Assembly (NCBI GenBank): GCA_036172315.1
Contig: JASFBC010000278.1
Location: 1-58,773 of the forward strand
Direction: 5' to 3'
Length of the DNA stretch: 58,773 nucleotides
DNA from: Anaerolineae bacterium
GTDB lineage: Bacteria > Chloroflexota > Anaerolineae > B4-G1 > DUEL01
Shown here: piece by piece, positions 18,617-28,973 of the stretch
Position numbering within the stretch: position 1 is the first letter of the stretch
Layout of the letters: each line of letters opens with the position of its first letter
Made by a program: the position numbers and the translations under genes
Notes under the pieces: model-generated
What the model saw: only the letters and a program-made list of their open reading frames with translations
What the model was told of the DNA's origin: nothing
The model's database searches: none

Positions 18617-20500
18617 ATGAACCTCTGGCCGGGCTGGTTTCCCCCCTGGTTGCAGGATTGGGCTCGCCGGTATCTGTTGCCCTTTCTACAGGTAGAGGTC
18701 CGCCACCTGTTCTGGATTTTCGTTCAGGGGGCGGCGGAGACTTTTCTGCTGTTTGCCCTTCCCGCCGCAGCCGTTGTCGGAACTCAGAAGGTGTGGGAGT
18801 CCCGCTACCGGCTCACCCCGGCCCAGCAGGAGCAGGTCGCCCGCTGGGCCGCCGTCGCGGATGCCGTAGCCCAAGGGGAGGATGTCCCGCCGGCGACGCC
18901 GCTGGTCCTGTGGTACAAGGAAGGCGGGTTGCGGGCCGCCAACCCTGAAAACTGCGAGGGGATTATGGGGCTGTACTCGGCGGTCCGGTCGGGCCGCCTT
19001 CCCTGCTTTCCCCCAGGCCCGATTGACGACGCGGAGGTGGCCCGACAACTGCGCATCGGCGCAGCGATTTTTAAGGAGCATTGCCCGGAGGTTCACTACA
19101 CCACCACCGACCCGGAGACGCTGAAGCGGTGTTATTTATATTACAACGCAGGACGCCATACCCGGCTGGATCCGGACCGGTCGGGCTATGTGATGAACGG
19201 ATACGACGCGGCTCATCAGAACATGCCGCATCGGGCCGTCTCGGGGCGGGTAGTGCGGCTACAAGCACTGGGGGCCTGGCCCGTCCATCTGGCCATTCAG
19301 GCCCAAATGGCCCAGCAACCCACTCCGACTTTTCCCTCTCCGCTCTTGCCGCTGGTCCTGACCCTGCGGGAGATGCGGGACCGCCTCTGGGCATGGGCTA
19401 CTGCCCGGCAGGCGGCGTCTTCCCTTCCTGCTTTGCCACCGGCATGTGCTTCGCCGGTGGTGAGGGATTGCTTTGTGGCTCCCCATCGGGGGGATGTGGA
19501 GCTATACCCGGTCCTGGGTGCCAGTGCGACCATCTCCCGGGTCGGAGAGGCAACCTGCGGCCCGTTTCCCGGCGTGGCGATGGAGGTGGCCCGTCCGGCT
19601 CTCCTCCCTGCGCCGATGCCCGGCCATCTGGCCCGGTATACGGACCAGTGGGGCCATCTCGTCGTCCAGATAGAGAACGAGGAGTGGACCCTTTGGGTCG
19701 CTGGCCTTCGCTCGGTGGTGGCTGGTCTCGGAGAGGTGAGCCGGGGGCAACTCCTGGGGTCTGTCGGTGGGAAGGAAGCGGGAGTTTTCTATATCACACT
19801 CTATGATAAAATTAAGGGGGGATACGTGGACCCCCGTGCTTTCCTGGTGCAGGCTGTGTGCCCCCAGGTAGACCGGGAATGGCAGCCGAATCTCTCATTG
19901 CAGGAGGATTCTATGAACCTGGCTTCACTGCTAACGCTTCTCCCTCTTATTCTGGGTCTGGTCTGGGCTATTTGGCTGTTCTTCAAGAAGGACCTCCTGG
20001 CCAAAGGCCCGATCCAGGTCATCACCTATTTCATCGGGGTCATCCTGGCCCTCTGGATCATCGGTTGGATCGTGGATACGCTCCTGCCGCAGTGGGTGGC
20101 GCAGCGATTGCTGAACGCCCGTCAATCCCAGGACATCCGCATCATCCAGCAGGTGAGCCGGGAGATTGTAAACGAGGCAGCCGGGGGTGCACCGGCGCCC
20201 ACCATCGTGGTCTACACTCCGGTGCCGCCCACTCCTATCCCACCGGCACCGACCCCCATCCCGCCGACGCCGGTATCGCCCCAGCCCACTCCCCCTATGG
20301 GAGCCGTTGTCCCGACTGTTCCCGTTTTCTCGGCGCAGGCCGCGCCCGGCGAGCAGGTCTATGTCGTCCGCTCCGGTGATACCCTCTATAGCATTGCCCG
20401 TCGCTTCGGGGTTAGTGTCCAGGCCATCCAGCAGCGGAATAACCTGGCCAACCCCAACGACATCAAGGCTGGACAGCAGTTGATTATCCCAGCACCGTGA
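18617..20500 (+). CDS. Membrane-anchored cell-wall-associated protein; the frame runs without a stop into a TM-Pro-rich-LysM module
   Basis: N-terminal TM; possible lysozyme-like region (LWYKEGG...YYNAG); M23-like tail (GQLLGSVGG...GYVDPRAFL). The open frame continues to a C-terminal LysM. Confidence 0.5.
   Translation: MNLWPGWFPPWLQDWARRYLLPFLQVEVRHLFWIFVQGAAETFLLFALPAAAVVGTQKVWESRYRLTPAQQEQVARWAAVADAVAQGEDVPPATPLVLWYKEGGLRAANPENCEGIMGLYSAVRSGRLPCFPPGPIDDAEVARQLRIGAAIFKEHCPEVHYTTTDPETLKRCYLYYNAGRHTRLDPDRSGYVMNGYDAAHQNMPHRAVSGRVVRLQALGAWPVHLAIQAQMAQQPTPTFPSPLLPLVLTLREMRDRLWAWATARQAASSLPALPPACASPVVRDCFVAPHRGDVELYPVLGASATISRVGEATCGPFPGVAMEVARPALLPAPMPGHLARYTDQWGHLVVQIENEEWTLWVAGLRSVVAGLGEVSRGQLLGSVGGKEAGVFYITLYDKIKGGYVDPRAFLVQAVCPQVDREWQPNLSLQEDSMNLASLLTLLPLILGLVWAIWLFFKKDLLAKGPIQVITYFIGVILALWIIGWIVDTLLPQWVAQRLLNARQSQDIRIIQQVSREIVNEAAGGAPAPTIVVYTPVPPTPIPPAPTPIPPTPVSPQPTPPMGAVVPTVPVFSAQAAPGEQVYVVRSGDTLYSIARRFGVSVQAIQQRNNLANPNDIKAGQQLIIPAP
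19913..20500 (+). CDS. Two-TM, Pro-rich, C-terminal LysM protein (probable independent start)
   Basis: Strong SD CAGGAGG before ATG 19913; LysM YVVRSGDTLYSIARRFGVSVQAIQQRNNL. Confidence 0.7.
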   Translation: MNLASLLTLLPLILGLVWAIWLFFKKDLLAKGPIQVITYFIGVILALWIIGWIVDTLLPQWVAQRLLNARQSQDIRIIQQVSREIVNEAAGGAPAPTIVVYTPVPPTPIPPAPTPIPPTPVSPQPTPPMGAVVPTVPVFSAQAAPGEQVYVVRSGDTLYSIARRFGVSVQAIQQRNNLANPNDIKAGQQLIIPAP

Positions 20501-21237
20501 GTATTCGGGAGTTCCTGAAAGTCCTTCTGGACCGCTGGGGGCTCCGAGGAGGCGCGCGCGGGCCGCAACCGCCAAAGGGGAAGCCCGCCGGCGCGCCGTG
20601 GAGCCCACCATTTGCGCCGCCTCCCTCTTTAGTACAGCGGCTCTTTGCCCGCCTCTCTCGCTTTCGTTTCCTGCGCCCTCTTCTGGAAAGCGTCCTGCCG
20701 CCGATCCGCCTCCTGAAGGACGAAAAGGTGAAAGTGGAGATTCGCATGGCCCCATACAGGGTCTGGGCAGCCCGACGGTTGATGGTTATGGCTCTGATCC
20801 TGCTGTTCCTGGCGCTCCCGCTGGCCATAGCGGTTATGGCGCTGCGCGGTCCGTTGCTCATCCAACTGCTGACCTGGCTGATCGTATCCCTCTCCCTGAT
20901 GGCTGTCTCCTGGTCTTTCCGGAATATGGTGTTGTATGAACAATGGCGCTTTATCGTCACGGACAAGCGCATCATCATCACGGCGCCGGACTCCCGGCGG
21001 GCCTGGGTGGCCGATGCCATTTACCTTAAGGGCGGGAAGATTCAGGTAGTAGATACCAGTTGGTCCCCCCATCCTGTGTGGGGGTTCTTTCAGGCGATGA
21101 CGGGCGCGCGCGATGTCATCCTGAGCCTGGCCGGGTACGAGTTCAAGCCGGAGGGCGCGGAGGTCAAGGGAGGACTCCGATTCCCGGACATCATGCCCGA
21201 GGACATTGCCCGGCTGGAGGAGATTGTATTTGGCTGA
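20497..21237 (+). CDS. Hypothetical two-TM membrane protein
   Basis: GTGA overlap with the LysM gene; two hydrophobic helices followed by FIVTDKRII (bacterial PH-like motif). Confidence 0.6.
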   Translation: MSIREFLKVLLDRWGLRGGARGPQPPKGKPAGAPWSPPFAPPPSLVQRLFARLSRFRFLRPLLESVLPPIRLLKDEKVKVEIRMAPYRVWAARRLMVMALILLFLALPLAIAVMALRGPLLIQLLTWLIVSLSLMAVSWSFRNMVLYEQWRFIVTDKRIIITAPDSRRAWVADAIYLKGGKIQVVDTSWSPHPVWGFFQAMTGARDVILSLAGYEFKPEGAEVKGGLRFPDIMPEDIARLEEIVFG

Positions 21238-21279
21238 AGCCGGAAATGTGGTATACTATTGATGGTGAAGGAGGTTCCG

Positions 21280-22212
21280 ATGAAACACTTTCTCAGCCTT
21301 GCCGACGTCTCCTCTCAAGAGATGTGGCATCTTCTGGACCTGGCGATGGAACTGAAGGAGGAATGGCGGCCGGGCGGCAACCGCCCGCTGCTGAAAGGGA
21401 AGACGTTGGGGATGATTTTCCAGAAGCCGTCCCTGAGGACCCGTGTCTCCTTTGATATGGCGATGCTTCACCTGGGAGGGCACGCCCTCTACCTCTCCCC
21501 CAACGAAATCCAACTGGGAGTCCGGGAGAGTATTCCGGACGTTGCCCGGGTCCTCTCCCGTTATGTGGACGCCATCATGGCCCGTGTCTTCGCTCATTCT
21601 GACGTAGTCACCCTGGCCGAATACTCCCGCGTCCCGGTCATCAACGGCCTTTCCGATTACAGCCATCCCTGCCAGGGTTTGGCGGATTTCCTGACCATCA
21701 TAGAGAAGAAGGGCCGCGACCTGCGGGGAAAGAAACTGGCTTTCGTGGGGGACGGCAACAACGTGGCGACCTCGCTGCTCTTTGGGGCGACAAAACTGGG
21801 GATGGACTTCGCCATCGCCACCCCGCCCGGCTATGAACTGCCTGCATCGGTCTGGGAACTGGGGCAGAAATTCGCCGCCGAGAGCGGGAGCCGTATCCTG
21901 GCTACTCACGACCCGGTAGAGGCCGCCCGGGATGCGGATGTCATCTATACCGATGTCTGGGCCTCCATGGGGCAGGAGGCGGAAGCGGCGGAGCGCGCGA
22001 AGATCTTCCCGCCATATCAGGTGAACGCCGCGCTGGTCGCGAAGGCCAAATCTGATGTCATCGTGATGCACTGTCTGCCGGCCCATCGTGGCCAGGAGAT
22101 CACCGACGACGTCGCCGACGGCCCCCATTCGGTGCTGTGGGACCAGGCGGAGAACCGGATGCATGCGCAGAAGGCGATTCTGGTGGAGTTGATGGTAGGA
22201 GGGGATAGATGA
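21280..22212 (+). CDS. argF: Ornithine carbamoyltransferase
   Basis: [46 protein letters not shown] and [11 protein letters not shown]; RBS AAGGAGG. Confidence 0.95.
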   Translation: MKHFLSLADVSSQEMWHLLDLAMELKEEWRPGGNRPLLKGKTLGMIFQKPSLRTRVSFDMAMLHLGGHALYLSPNEIQLGVRESIPDVARVLSRYVDAIMARVFAHSDVVTLAEYSRVPVINGLSDYSHPCQGLADFLTIIEKKGRDLRGKKLAFVGDGNNVATSLLFGATKLGMDFAIATPPGYELPASVWELGQKFAAESGSRILATHDPVEAARDADVIYTDVWASMGQEAEAAERAKIFPPYQVNAALVAKAKSDVIVMHCLPAHRGQEITDDVADGPHSVLWDQAENRMHAQKAILVELMVGGDR

Positions 22213-22943
22213 GGCAGATTACAGAAGAGCAAATCCGAGAGGTCGTTCTCCACGTGGTGGAGGATGAGATAGAGACTCTGCGGCAGGAACTGGGCCAGCC
22301 GGGCCCGGAATGGAGCGAAGTTCGGCAGGTCTGGCAGGCCATTAGTGCCCTGGCCGAGGCGCAGCGCCGGACGGAGGAGCGGCTGGAGCGGTTAGAGGCG
22401 ACGGTTCAGGCCCTGGCCGAGGCGCAGCGCCGGACAGAGGAGCGGCTGGAAGCAGCGGTTCAGGCCCTGGTTGAGGCTCAACGCTCCCTGGAGGAACGGA
22501 TAGACTTGGAGATGGAACGAATCCACCAGCAACTGGGCCAGTTGGCCAACCGGCTGGGGCTGGACCTGGAAGCGGATGCGGAGGAAGTCCTGTGGGCTTT
22601 GGCGGAAGAGAGAGGGTTCCGAATCCTCCGTCCGCCAATGGCCCTGGATTTGGACGGAGAGATAGACCTGGTCACTCCGGTAGAGATGCCTGATGGAAAG
22701 CGGTTCTGGGTCCTCATAGAGGTCAAAGGCCGCCTCCGGCGGGCGGAACTGGGCAAGTGGTTGAAGCGGCTCCAGCAGCCTTCTTTCCAGCAGCAGCTCC
22801 AGTGCTTCGGTGTGAGCAAGCCGTACCTCCCTTACGCCTTCGGGCTGCGGGTCTACGCCGGAGTGGACGAAATGGCCCAGGAAGCCGGCATCGGTATTCT
22901 AACGTTCCGGGGCGAGAGGATTCCTCCCCGGGTTTGGGAGTAG
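22209..22943 (+). CDS. Coiled-coil repeat protein with a C-terminal PD-(D/E)XK-like domain
   Basis: [12 protein letters not shown] repeats; EIDLV...VLIEVKGRL motif; ATGA overlap with argF. Confidence 0.7.
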   Translation: MRQITEEQIREVVLHVVEDEIETLRQELGQPGPEWSEVRQVWQAISALAEAQRRTEERLERLEATVQALAEAQRRTEERLEAAVQALVEAQRSLEERIDLEMERIHQQLGQLANRLGLDLEADAEEVLWALAEERGFRILRPPMALDLDGEIDLVTPVEMPDGKRFWVLIEVKGRLRRAELGKWLKRLQQPSFQQQLQCFGVSKPYLPYAFGLRVYAGVDEMAQEAGIGILTFRGERIPPRVWE

Positions 22944-23087
22944 AACACAGATAATGCATGATGCCGAGAGAGACCGTTTTTGCCCTCACCCTCTTGATCT
23001 TCCCTCCCTTCCACGCAGCGGCACAGGGAGGAGGCAGATTGCCGGAATCACAGGTCGGGTTGGAGTTTGCCTCAGTGGGCAGGTGAA

Positions 23088-24038
23088 ATGAACAGCCCTG
23101 TGATTTCCATAGTCGCCCCTGTCTTCAACGAAGAGGAAACCCTCCCGGAGTTCTACCGCCGGGTGCGGACCGTGATGGACGGATTGGGAGAACCTTGGGA
23201 ACTGGTGCTGGTGGACGACGGCAGCAGCGACGACAGTTTCCGGATTTGCCGGGAACTGCACGCGCAGGACCCGCGCGTGCGGGTGGTGCGGTTTGCCCGC
23301 AATTTTGGCCACCAGATCGCCATCACCGCCGGCATGGACTACGCCCGGGGCGATGCGGTCGTCACTATTGACTCCGACCTCCAGGACCCGCCGGAGGTCA
23401 TCCCCGAGTTGGTAGCCCGCTGGCGGGAGGGGTATCACGTCGTCTACGGCGTCCGCGCCGAGCGGGAGGGGGAGACCTGGTTTAAACTTTTCACCGCTCG
23501 CCTCTTCTATCGCCTTATCGCGGCCCTCACCGACATCCGCATCCCGATGGAAGCAGGGGATTTCCGGCTGCTGGACCGGAAAGTGGTGGAGGACATGCGC
23601 CGCTTGCGGGAGCACCGGCGATTCATCCGGGGGATGACCTCGTGGGTGGGATACCGGCAGATCGGCGTCCCCTACCATCGCCATGCCCGCTTCGCTGGTC
23701 AGACCAAGTACCCCTTTCGCAAGATGTTCCGGCTGGCGCTGGATGCCATCACCGGCTTCTCCGACGTCCCCCTCCGTCTGGCCTGGACTTTCGGAGCGGT
23801 TCTGCTGGCACTGGGTGTCCTGCTGGGTCTGGTTCTGCTGGGATTGTGGCTGGCCGGAGAGGCCCCGCTGGCCGGGCAGGGGCTGACGCTGACGGTGGCC
23901 ATCCTTCTCAGCGGCACCCAACTCCTCTTCCTGGGTATCATCGGCGAGTACCTGGCCCGCATCTACGACGAAGTCCGCAACCGGCCACTGTACACGGTGA
24001 TGGAGGTCCTGGAGGACGGTTATAGGGAGACCGGGTGA
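23088..24038 (+). CDS. Glycosyltransferase family 2 (polyprenol-phosphate glycosyltransferase, GtrB/ArnC-like)
   Basis: SIVAPVFNEE, VDDGSSD, RNFGHQIA, IDSDLQDPPE, GDFRLLDR, two C-terminal TMs and GEYLARIY. Confidence 0.9.
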   Translation: MNSPVISIVAPVFNEEETLPEFYRRVRTVMDGLGEPWELVLVDDGSSDDSFRICRELHAQDPRVRVVRFARNFGHQIAITAGMDYARGDAVVTIDSDLQDPPEVIPELVARWREGYHVVYGVRAEREGETWFKLFTARLFYRLIAALTDIRIPMEAGDFRLLDRKVVEDMRRLREHRRFIRGMTSWVGYRQIGVPYHRHARFAGQTKYPFRKMFRLALDAITGFSDVPLRLAWTFGAVLLALGVLLGLVLLGLWLAGEAPLAGQGLTLTVAILLSGTQLLFLGIIGEYLARIYDEVRNRPLYTVMEVLEDGYRETG

Positions 24039-24375
24039 GGTCAGGAAACAACGAAACGGGAGGTAACTATCTACATTTTGGACGCAGATTCCCGCAGATT
24101 CTCTCGGATTATCTTTGAAAATCTTCACCATATCTGCGAGCGCCTGGTGAGGCTGAAGAGCGAGGACCAGGATGGGTGGGAATAGGAATAGCGGAGGACG
24201 CATGCTCCCGCGACTTTTGGGCAGGCGGATACGTATAACAGCATGGGACACTTATCAGGCACTTCCGGAGAGGCCTGGCCTATTTTGACCCTCGGTGATC
24301 GCTGATGATGAACCCCGTGAGCCGTGACCCTCCGGAAACCGCCGAACGGATGTTCTGGAAACCTGCGGAGGAAAT

Positions 24376-26235
24376 ATGACCCGCAAATCTCTTCATTTGC
24401 TCTCTTATACCCTGCTCCTTTTCTTCTCCCTTTTCCTCTTCCTGCTCCCCACTCCCACCTCTGCGCAATCCAAGACCTTCGTCTGGGAGCGGCTGGATGT
24501 GGAGATTACTGTCCTGGAGAACGGGGATTTCCTGGTCCAGGAGACTCAAATGATCAGATTCACCTCAGGGACCTTTACCTACGGCTACCGGGCCATTCCG
24601 GCCAGCCGCCTGACCTCTATCAGCGATGTCCAGGTCTGGGAGGATGGTCAGCCCTGCCAGGTGTTCGTCAACGAAAAGGAGGGGGAGTACCGGATTCGCT
24701 GGGAGATGCCGGCCCCCCGTTCCGATTCCCGCCACACTTATGTTCTGCGCTACCTGGTCCGCGGCGGCCTGCGCTACTACGATGGGGGCGATCAGTTGTG
24801 GTGGAAGGCGGTCTTCCCCGACCGCAGTTTCCCGGTGGAAGCCTCCAGGGTGACGGTTCGGCTGCCGGAGGGGGCGATGGCGGAGAAAGCGGCGGCCTAC
24901 TTCGCCGAGGCGACTGTCTCCGGCATCGGGACGAACACGGTGGTTTTTGAGGCGCAAGAGGTGCTGGATCCCGGGCAGGAGATGGAGGTGCGGGTGCAGT
25001 TTCCTCACGGGATCGTCCGGGGCGGCCCGGCGGCCTGGCAGGTGGCAGAGGATGCGAAGCCTCTGATGAACCTGGGGCTGGGGCTTTTGGGCGGTCTCTT
25101 TACCGTTGGGGGGCCGCTGCTGGTGCTGTTGCTCTGGTACCTGCGGGGCCGGGATCCGGCAGTGAAACTTCCTACCGACTACCTGACGGAGCCACCGTCG
25201 GATGCGCCGCCGGGGGTGGCCGGCGCGCTGGTGGATGAGAGAGCCGATATGCAGGACATTCTGGCGACGCTGGTGGACCTGGCCCGACGGGGGTATCTGC
25301 AAATTGAGGAGCGGGTCGGGCGCGGCACTTTGACCACCTCGTCGGACTTCATCTTCCGCCGGACGGATAAGCCCGATGATGACTTGCTTGCCTATGAAAA
25401 GGCGTTGCTTTCCCGACTGGTGGGTCACAAAGGGGAGCGTTCTCTGGCAAGGTTACGGAACCATTTCTATACGGCCATCCCCGAAATCGAGAAGGGAATC
25501 TACGGGCAATTGGTCCGGCGGGGATACTTCCGCACCTCGCCCGATAAGGTTCGTTCTACTTATACTGGCCTGGGGGTGGGCCTGCTGATCGTGGTGGGCT
25601 TGGGCTTCTGTGTTGCTGGCTTATGGATGCAGACGACCGGCGCGGTCATTTGCCCGTTCCTGGGCCTGGGGGTGACGGCAGTGGCTCTCATTGTCGCCGG
25701 ACGGCATATGCCGGTCAAAACCCGCAAGGGGGCTGAAGAGGCGGCCCGCTGGCGGGCCTTCAAGCGCTACCTCCAGGAAATGGAGAAGTACACTGACATC
25801 CGGGAGGCCGCTGACCAGTTTGAGAAGTACCTGCCTTACGCCATTGCGTTTGGTGTGGACCGCACCTGGATTCGGCGGTTCACCCAGGTGGAGGGGACGC
25901 CAATGCCGGTCTGGTACATCCCGTCTCCGGTCTATTATGGCGGCCGCCCGTACGCGGTGGGTGGGCACGGGCCGGGTCTGGCGGCTCCGGCTCCTGTAAG
26001 CACGCCGGGTGGGCTACCTTCACTGGACAGCATCGGCCAGCGGTGGGGGGCCTCGCTGGATGCCTTCGCTCGTGGGCTGGGCTCCATGCTGGATGCCGCG
26101 GGCAGCGTCTTCGTCAGTGTCCCGTCCTCCTCCCGCAGCGGTGGCTGGAGCGGCGGCTTTGGGGGTGGAGGCAGCGGAGGCGGCGGTGGCGGCGGCGGTG
26201 GTGGCGGAGGCGGCGGTGGCGGCGGGTTCGGATAA
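24376..26235 (+). CDS. DUF2207-type membrane protein with a Gly-rich tail
   Basis: Signal peptide, DQLWWKAV, TLVDLARRGYL, WRAFKRYL, FEKYLPYAIAFG and poly-Gly C-terminus. Confidence 0.8.
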   Translation: MTRKSLHLLSYTLLLFFSLFLFLLPTPTSAQSKTFVWERLDVEITVLENGDFLVQETQMIRFTSGTFTYGYRAIPASRLTSISDVQVWEDGQPCQVFVNEKEGEYRIRWEMPAPRSDSRHTYVLRYLVRGGLRYYDGGDQLWWKAVFPDRSFPVEASRVTVRLPEGAMAEKAAAYFAEATVSGIGTNTVVFEAQEVLDPGQEMEVRVQFPHGIVRGGPAAWQVAEDAKPLMNLGLGLLGGLFTVGGPLLVLLLWYLRGRDPAVKLPTDYLTEPPSDAPPGVAGALVDERADMQDILATLVDLARRGYLQIEERVGRGTLTTSSDFIFRRTDKPDDDLLAYEKALLSRLVGHKGERSLARLRNHFYTAIPEIEKGIYGQLVRRGYFRTSPDKVRSTYTGLGVGLLIVVGLGFCVAGLWMQTTGAVICPFLGLGVTAVALIVAGRHMPVKTRKGAEEAARWRAFKRYLQEMEKYTDIREAADQFEKYLPYAIAFGVDRTWIRRFTQVEGTPMPVWYIPSPVYYGGRPYAVGGHGPGLAAPAPVSTPGGLPSLDSIGQRWGASLDAFARGLGSMLDAAGSVFVSVPSSSRSGGWSGGFGGGGSGGGGGGGGGGGGGGGGGFG

Positions 26236-26432
26236 AAACTGTTCACGGAGAATCGGCGGACTCTTCCGGCTTATCTGACGGCTCACTTCGTGTCAGGTCG
26301 GCATGTACCTGGGCTCTTCTGGCTGTGCCCAAAGACCAGCATCGGGGAAGTTGTGCTCCACCTGATCTGGCAGGTATGTACAACAGAAGAATTTCTTGAC
26401 CAGGCTTTACATCTACCCCTGTGACCGGAGGA

Positions 26433-26936
26433 ATGATGAACACTGGCCATATCCTGGGCCTGATCCTCATTATCGGTGGCAGTATCCTGTGCCTGCTCAT
26501 TACGGCCGGCGGCCTGGCCTCCGCTGAGACGACCGGTGGGCAGGTAGTGGGCACGATGCTGGGAGTACTGCTGGGGGCCCCGATGATCGCCATCGGCGCC
26601 TTTCTGCTCATCCGGAGTCGGCAGGAAGCCCGGGAACTGGCCGTCGCCCAGCAGCAGAAGAAACTCCTGGGGATGGTGCGCGCCCAGGGCCGTGTCAACA
26701 TCGCCGAGGCTGCCCTGGAACTGCGGGTCAACCGGGATACCGTCCGGGAGTGGGTCTACGACCTGGTCAACAAAGGGCTTTTTACCGGCTATATTAACTG
26801 GGACCAGGGCGATCTTATCTCGGTAGACGCCGCGCAGATGCGCACCAATAAATGCCCCCACTGCGGCGGCGAACTGGAACTGGCGGGCAAGGGCGTCGTC
26901 CGATGCCCATATTGTGGGACGGAGATATTCCTATAG
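26433..26936 (+). CDS. Two-TM protein with a winged-helix-like segment and a C-terminal zinc ribbon
   Basis: Two TMs; LFTGYINW; CPHCGG...CPYCG; GGAGG RBS. Confidence 0.7.
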   Translation: MMNTGHILGLILIIGGSILCLLITAGGLASAETTGGQVVGTMLGVLLGAPMIAIGAFLLIRSRQEARELAVAQQQKKLLGMVRAQGRVNIAEAALELRVNRDTVREWVYDLVNKGLFTGYINWDQGDLISVDAAQMRTNKCPHCGGELELAGKGVVRCPYCGTEIFL

Positions 26937-27131
26937 GGGGCAAGCCGCAGGGAGCACGATCACTGGCGGCTTGAGGGACATGAACGTGCCTCGTAGCCCC
27001 GGCATCTTGCTTACAGTCCAGGGCCACTCTTGCCGCCCCGTTGGAGATATCGGGAGGGGCGTTAAAGGCAAATTACCGATTGCGCCGGGCATCCTGCGCC
27101 CCGCGTTGCAACTTGAAAAGGAGGAATCAAC

Positions 27132-27656
27132 ATGAGCGACCTATACAAACGGGTCAGCGAAGCCCGAACCGGGTTGGAGAAACTGCTGGGGCAAATCCCT
27201 GGATACAAGGGCTACAAGGAAAAGGAAATGCGTCGGGAGTCCGACAAACTCCTGCGCCAGGCGGTGGTGACCCGCATGGAGGCCCAGCGCCGCCGGATGG
27301 ACGAACTCCAGCGGCGGCTCATCAGTGCTGGCCGTCTGGAGTACCTGGACGACCTGGGCCTGGCCATCACCCAACTCCAGACTTTCATTGACCGGGTCCG
27401 GCGGGCTACCTATGGCTACAGCGGCCTCTTTGACGCCACCCGGGTCCGGGAGGAGGAACTGGACCGCCTCTACGACTTTGACCACCAACTGCTGGAGTAC
27501 GGGGACCGGCTCTCGGCCGCGCTGGACACTCTGGAGATGGCCATCCCCTCCGGCGAAGGGCTGGCCGATGCGCTGCGCGCCGTCCAGAGCATCGGCGCTG
27601 AAGCCAATACCACCTTCAGCATGCGGGAAGAGGTTATCTTAGGGGTTAGCGGGTAG
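27132..27656 (+). CDS. Conserved hypothetical helical protein
   Basis: AAGGAGG RBS; IPGYKGYKEKEMRRESDKLLR and ATYGYSGLFD motifs. Confidence 0.7.
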   Translation: MSDLYKRVSEARTGLEKLLGQIPGYKGYKEKEMRRESDKLLRQAVVTRMEAQRRRMDELQRRLISAGRLEYLDDLGLAITQLQTFIDRVRRATYGYSGLFDATRVREEELDRLYDFDHQLLEYGDRLSAALDTLEMAIPSGEGLADALRAVQSIGAEANTTFSMREEVILGVSG

Positions 27657-27697
27657 CCGTCGGGTTAGCAATCAGGATACGTGAATAAGGAGGCACA

Positions 27698-28744
27698 ATG
27701 GCACGGATTTTTGACATCATTGAACTGCCGGATGAGATGGCCGGCGACATCGTCCGGCGCTTTCCGGAGCAGGGTTCCGGGGATTTCCGTATTGGCTCCC
27801 AGGTCATCGTCCGGGAGAGCCAGGCGGCCGTCTTCTTCCGGGACGGGAAGGCTCTGGACGTCTTTGGGCCGGGACGGCATACCATCACCACGGCGAACAT
27901 CCCCTTACTGGTGAACCTCATCGGCAAGGCGTTTTCCGGAGAGACCCCCTTCAAAGCGGAGGTCTACTTCGTCTCCACACGGGAGTTTGTGGACCTGAAG
28001 TGGGGGACGCCGGAGCCCATCACCGTCCGGGATGCCGTCCTGCGGATGGCCCGCCTACGGTCGTTCGGCACGTTTGCCATGCAGGTCGCCGAACCGCAAC
28101 TCTTCGTCAACCAGATTGTCGGCGCGCAGCGGCTCTACCGGACCGCCGACATTGAGCGGTTCCTGCGCAGCATTATCGTCACCAAACTGACCGACCTGCT
28201 GGGGGAGTTGGGCCGCTCCATCTTGGACATCCCGGCGATGATGGAGGAACTGGCGATGGGGGTGCGCTCCAAGGCGGAGCCGGACTTCGCCGCGCGGGGG
28301 CTGCTCCTCAAGTCCGTCTACATAGAATCCATCAGCCCGACGGAGGAGACGGCGAAGGCGATTGACCAGGCGGCGGCGATGGGCGCTATCGGTGATATGG
28401 ATGCCTACCTGAAGTACAAAGCGGCCCTGGCAATGGGCGACGCGGCCCGGCAGGAAGGTGCCGGCGGCCTGGCGGGCGCCGGGGTCGGCCTGGGGGCCGG
28501 CGCGGCGATGGGGATCACCATGGCCCAGATGATGGCTCAGGCCATGCAGAAGCCCGCGCAGCCCGCCGAACCGGCAGCGGCCGCGCCGGCGGTTCCCAAG
28601 ACCCCGCAGACCGCCGAGGAGGTTCAGGCATTGCTGGATAACCTGGACGCTCAGTTGGCCAGTGGGACCATCTCCGAAGCGACCTATCAGAAACTCTACG
28701 CCAAGTGGGAAGCGAAACTGAGGGAACTGCGGGGGGAGAAGTAG
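27698..28744 (+). CDS. SPFH/band-7 domain protein (YdjI-like) with a short helical C-terminal domain
   Basis: GSQVIVRESQAAVFFRDGK, GPGRHT, PFKAEVYFV, KWGTPEP and GAGVGLGAG; AAGGAGG RBS. Confidence 0.82.
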   Translation: MARIFDIIELPDEMAGDIVRRFPEQGSGDFRIGSQVIVRESQAAVFFRDGKALDVFGPGRHTITTANIPLLVNLIGKAFSGETPFKAEVYFVSTREFVDLKWGTPEPITVRDAVLRMARLRSFGTFAMQVAEPQLFVNQIVGAQRLYRTADIERFLRSIIVTKLTDLLGELGRSILDIPAMMEELAMGVRSKAEPDFAARGLLLKSVYIESISPTEETAKAIDQAAAMGAIGDMDAYLKYKAALAMGDAARQEGAGGLAGAGVGLGAGAAMGITMAQMMAQAMQKPAQPAEPAAAAPAVPKTPQTAEEVQALLDNLDAQLASGTISEATYQKLYAKWEAKLRELRGEK

Positions 28745-28930
28745 GAAGATCGCCATCTTTGCGCCGATAGAAGGCGGGCAGGCGCAGAGTCTACCCCAGA
28801 CCATAGACCACAGACGAGGGTGGTCGGTGGCCTGTCGTCTGTCGTCCATCCTGAGAGGACGGCGCAGGCCGTCCGGAGGCCGCAGGCCCAGAGGGGCCGA
28901 CTTTCGGTCAGCGCCGAATGTTACAACAGA

Positions 28931-28965
28931 AGTGCCGGGCCTCTCCAGCGGGCCCGGCATTTTCT
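28931..28965. terminator. Hairpin terminator between the convergent SPFH operon and tRNA
   Basis: TGCCGGGCC/GGCCCGGCA stem followed by TTTTCT. Confidence 0.6.
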
Positions 28966-28973
28966 GTGGCCTG

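Noticed and set aside
24040-24375. Possible small gene or ncRNA between the GT2 and DUF2207 genes
   Set aside because: Only short stop-interrupted frames and an ATCTGCG-type repeat are present; nothing I can support.
26140-26232. GGC-rich tandem repeat
   Set aside because: It encodes the ordinary poly-Gly tail of DUF2207-type proteins.
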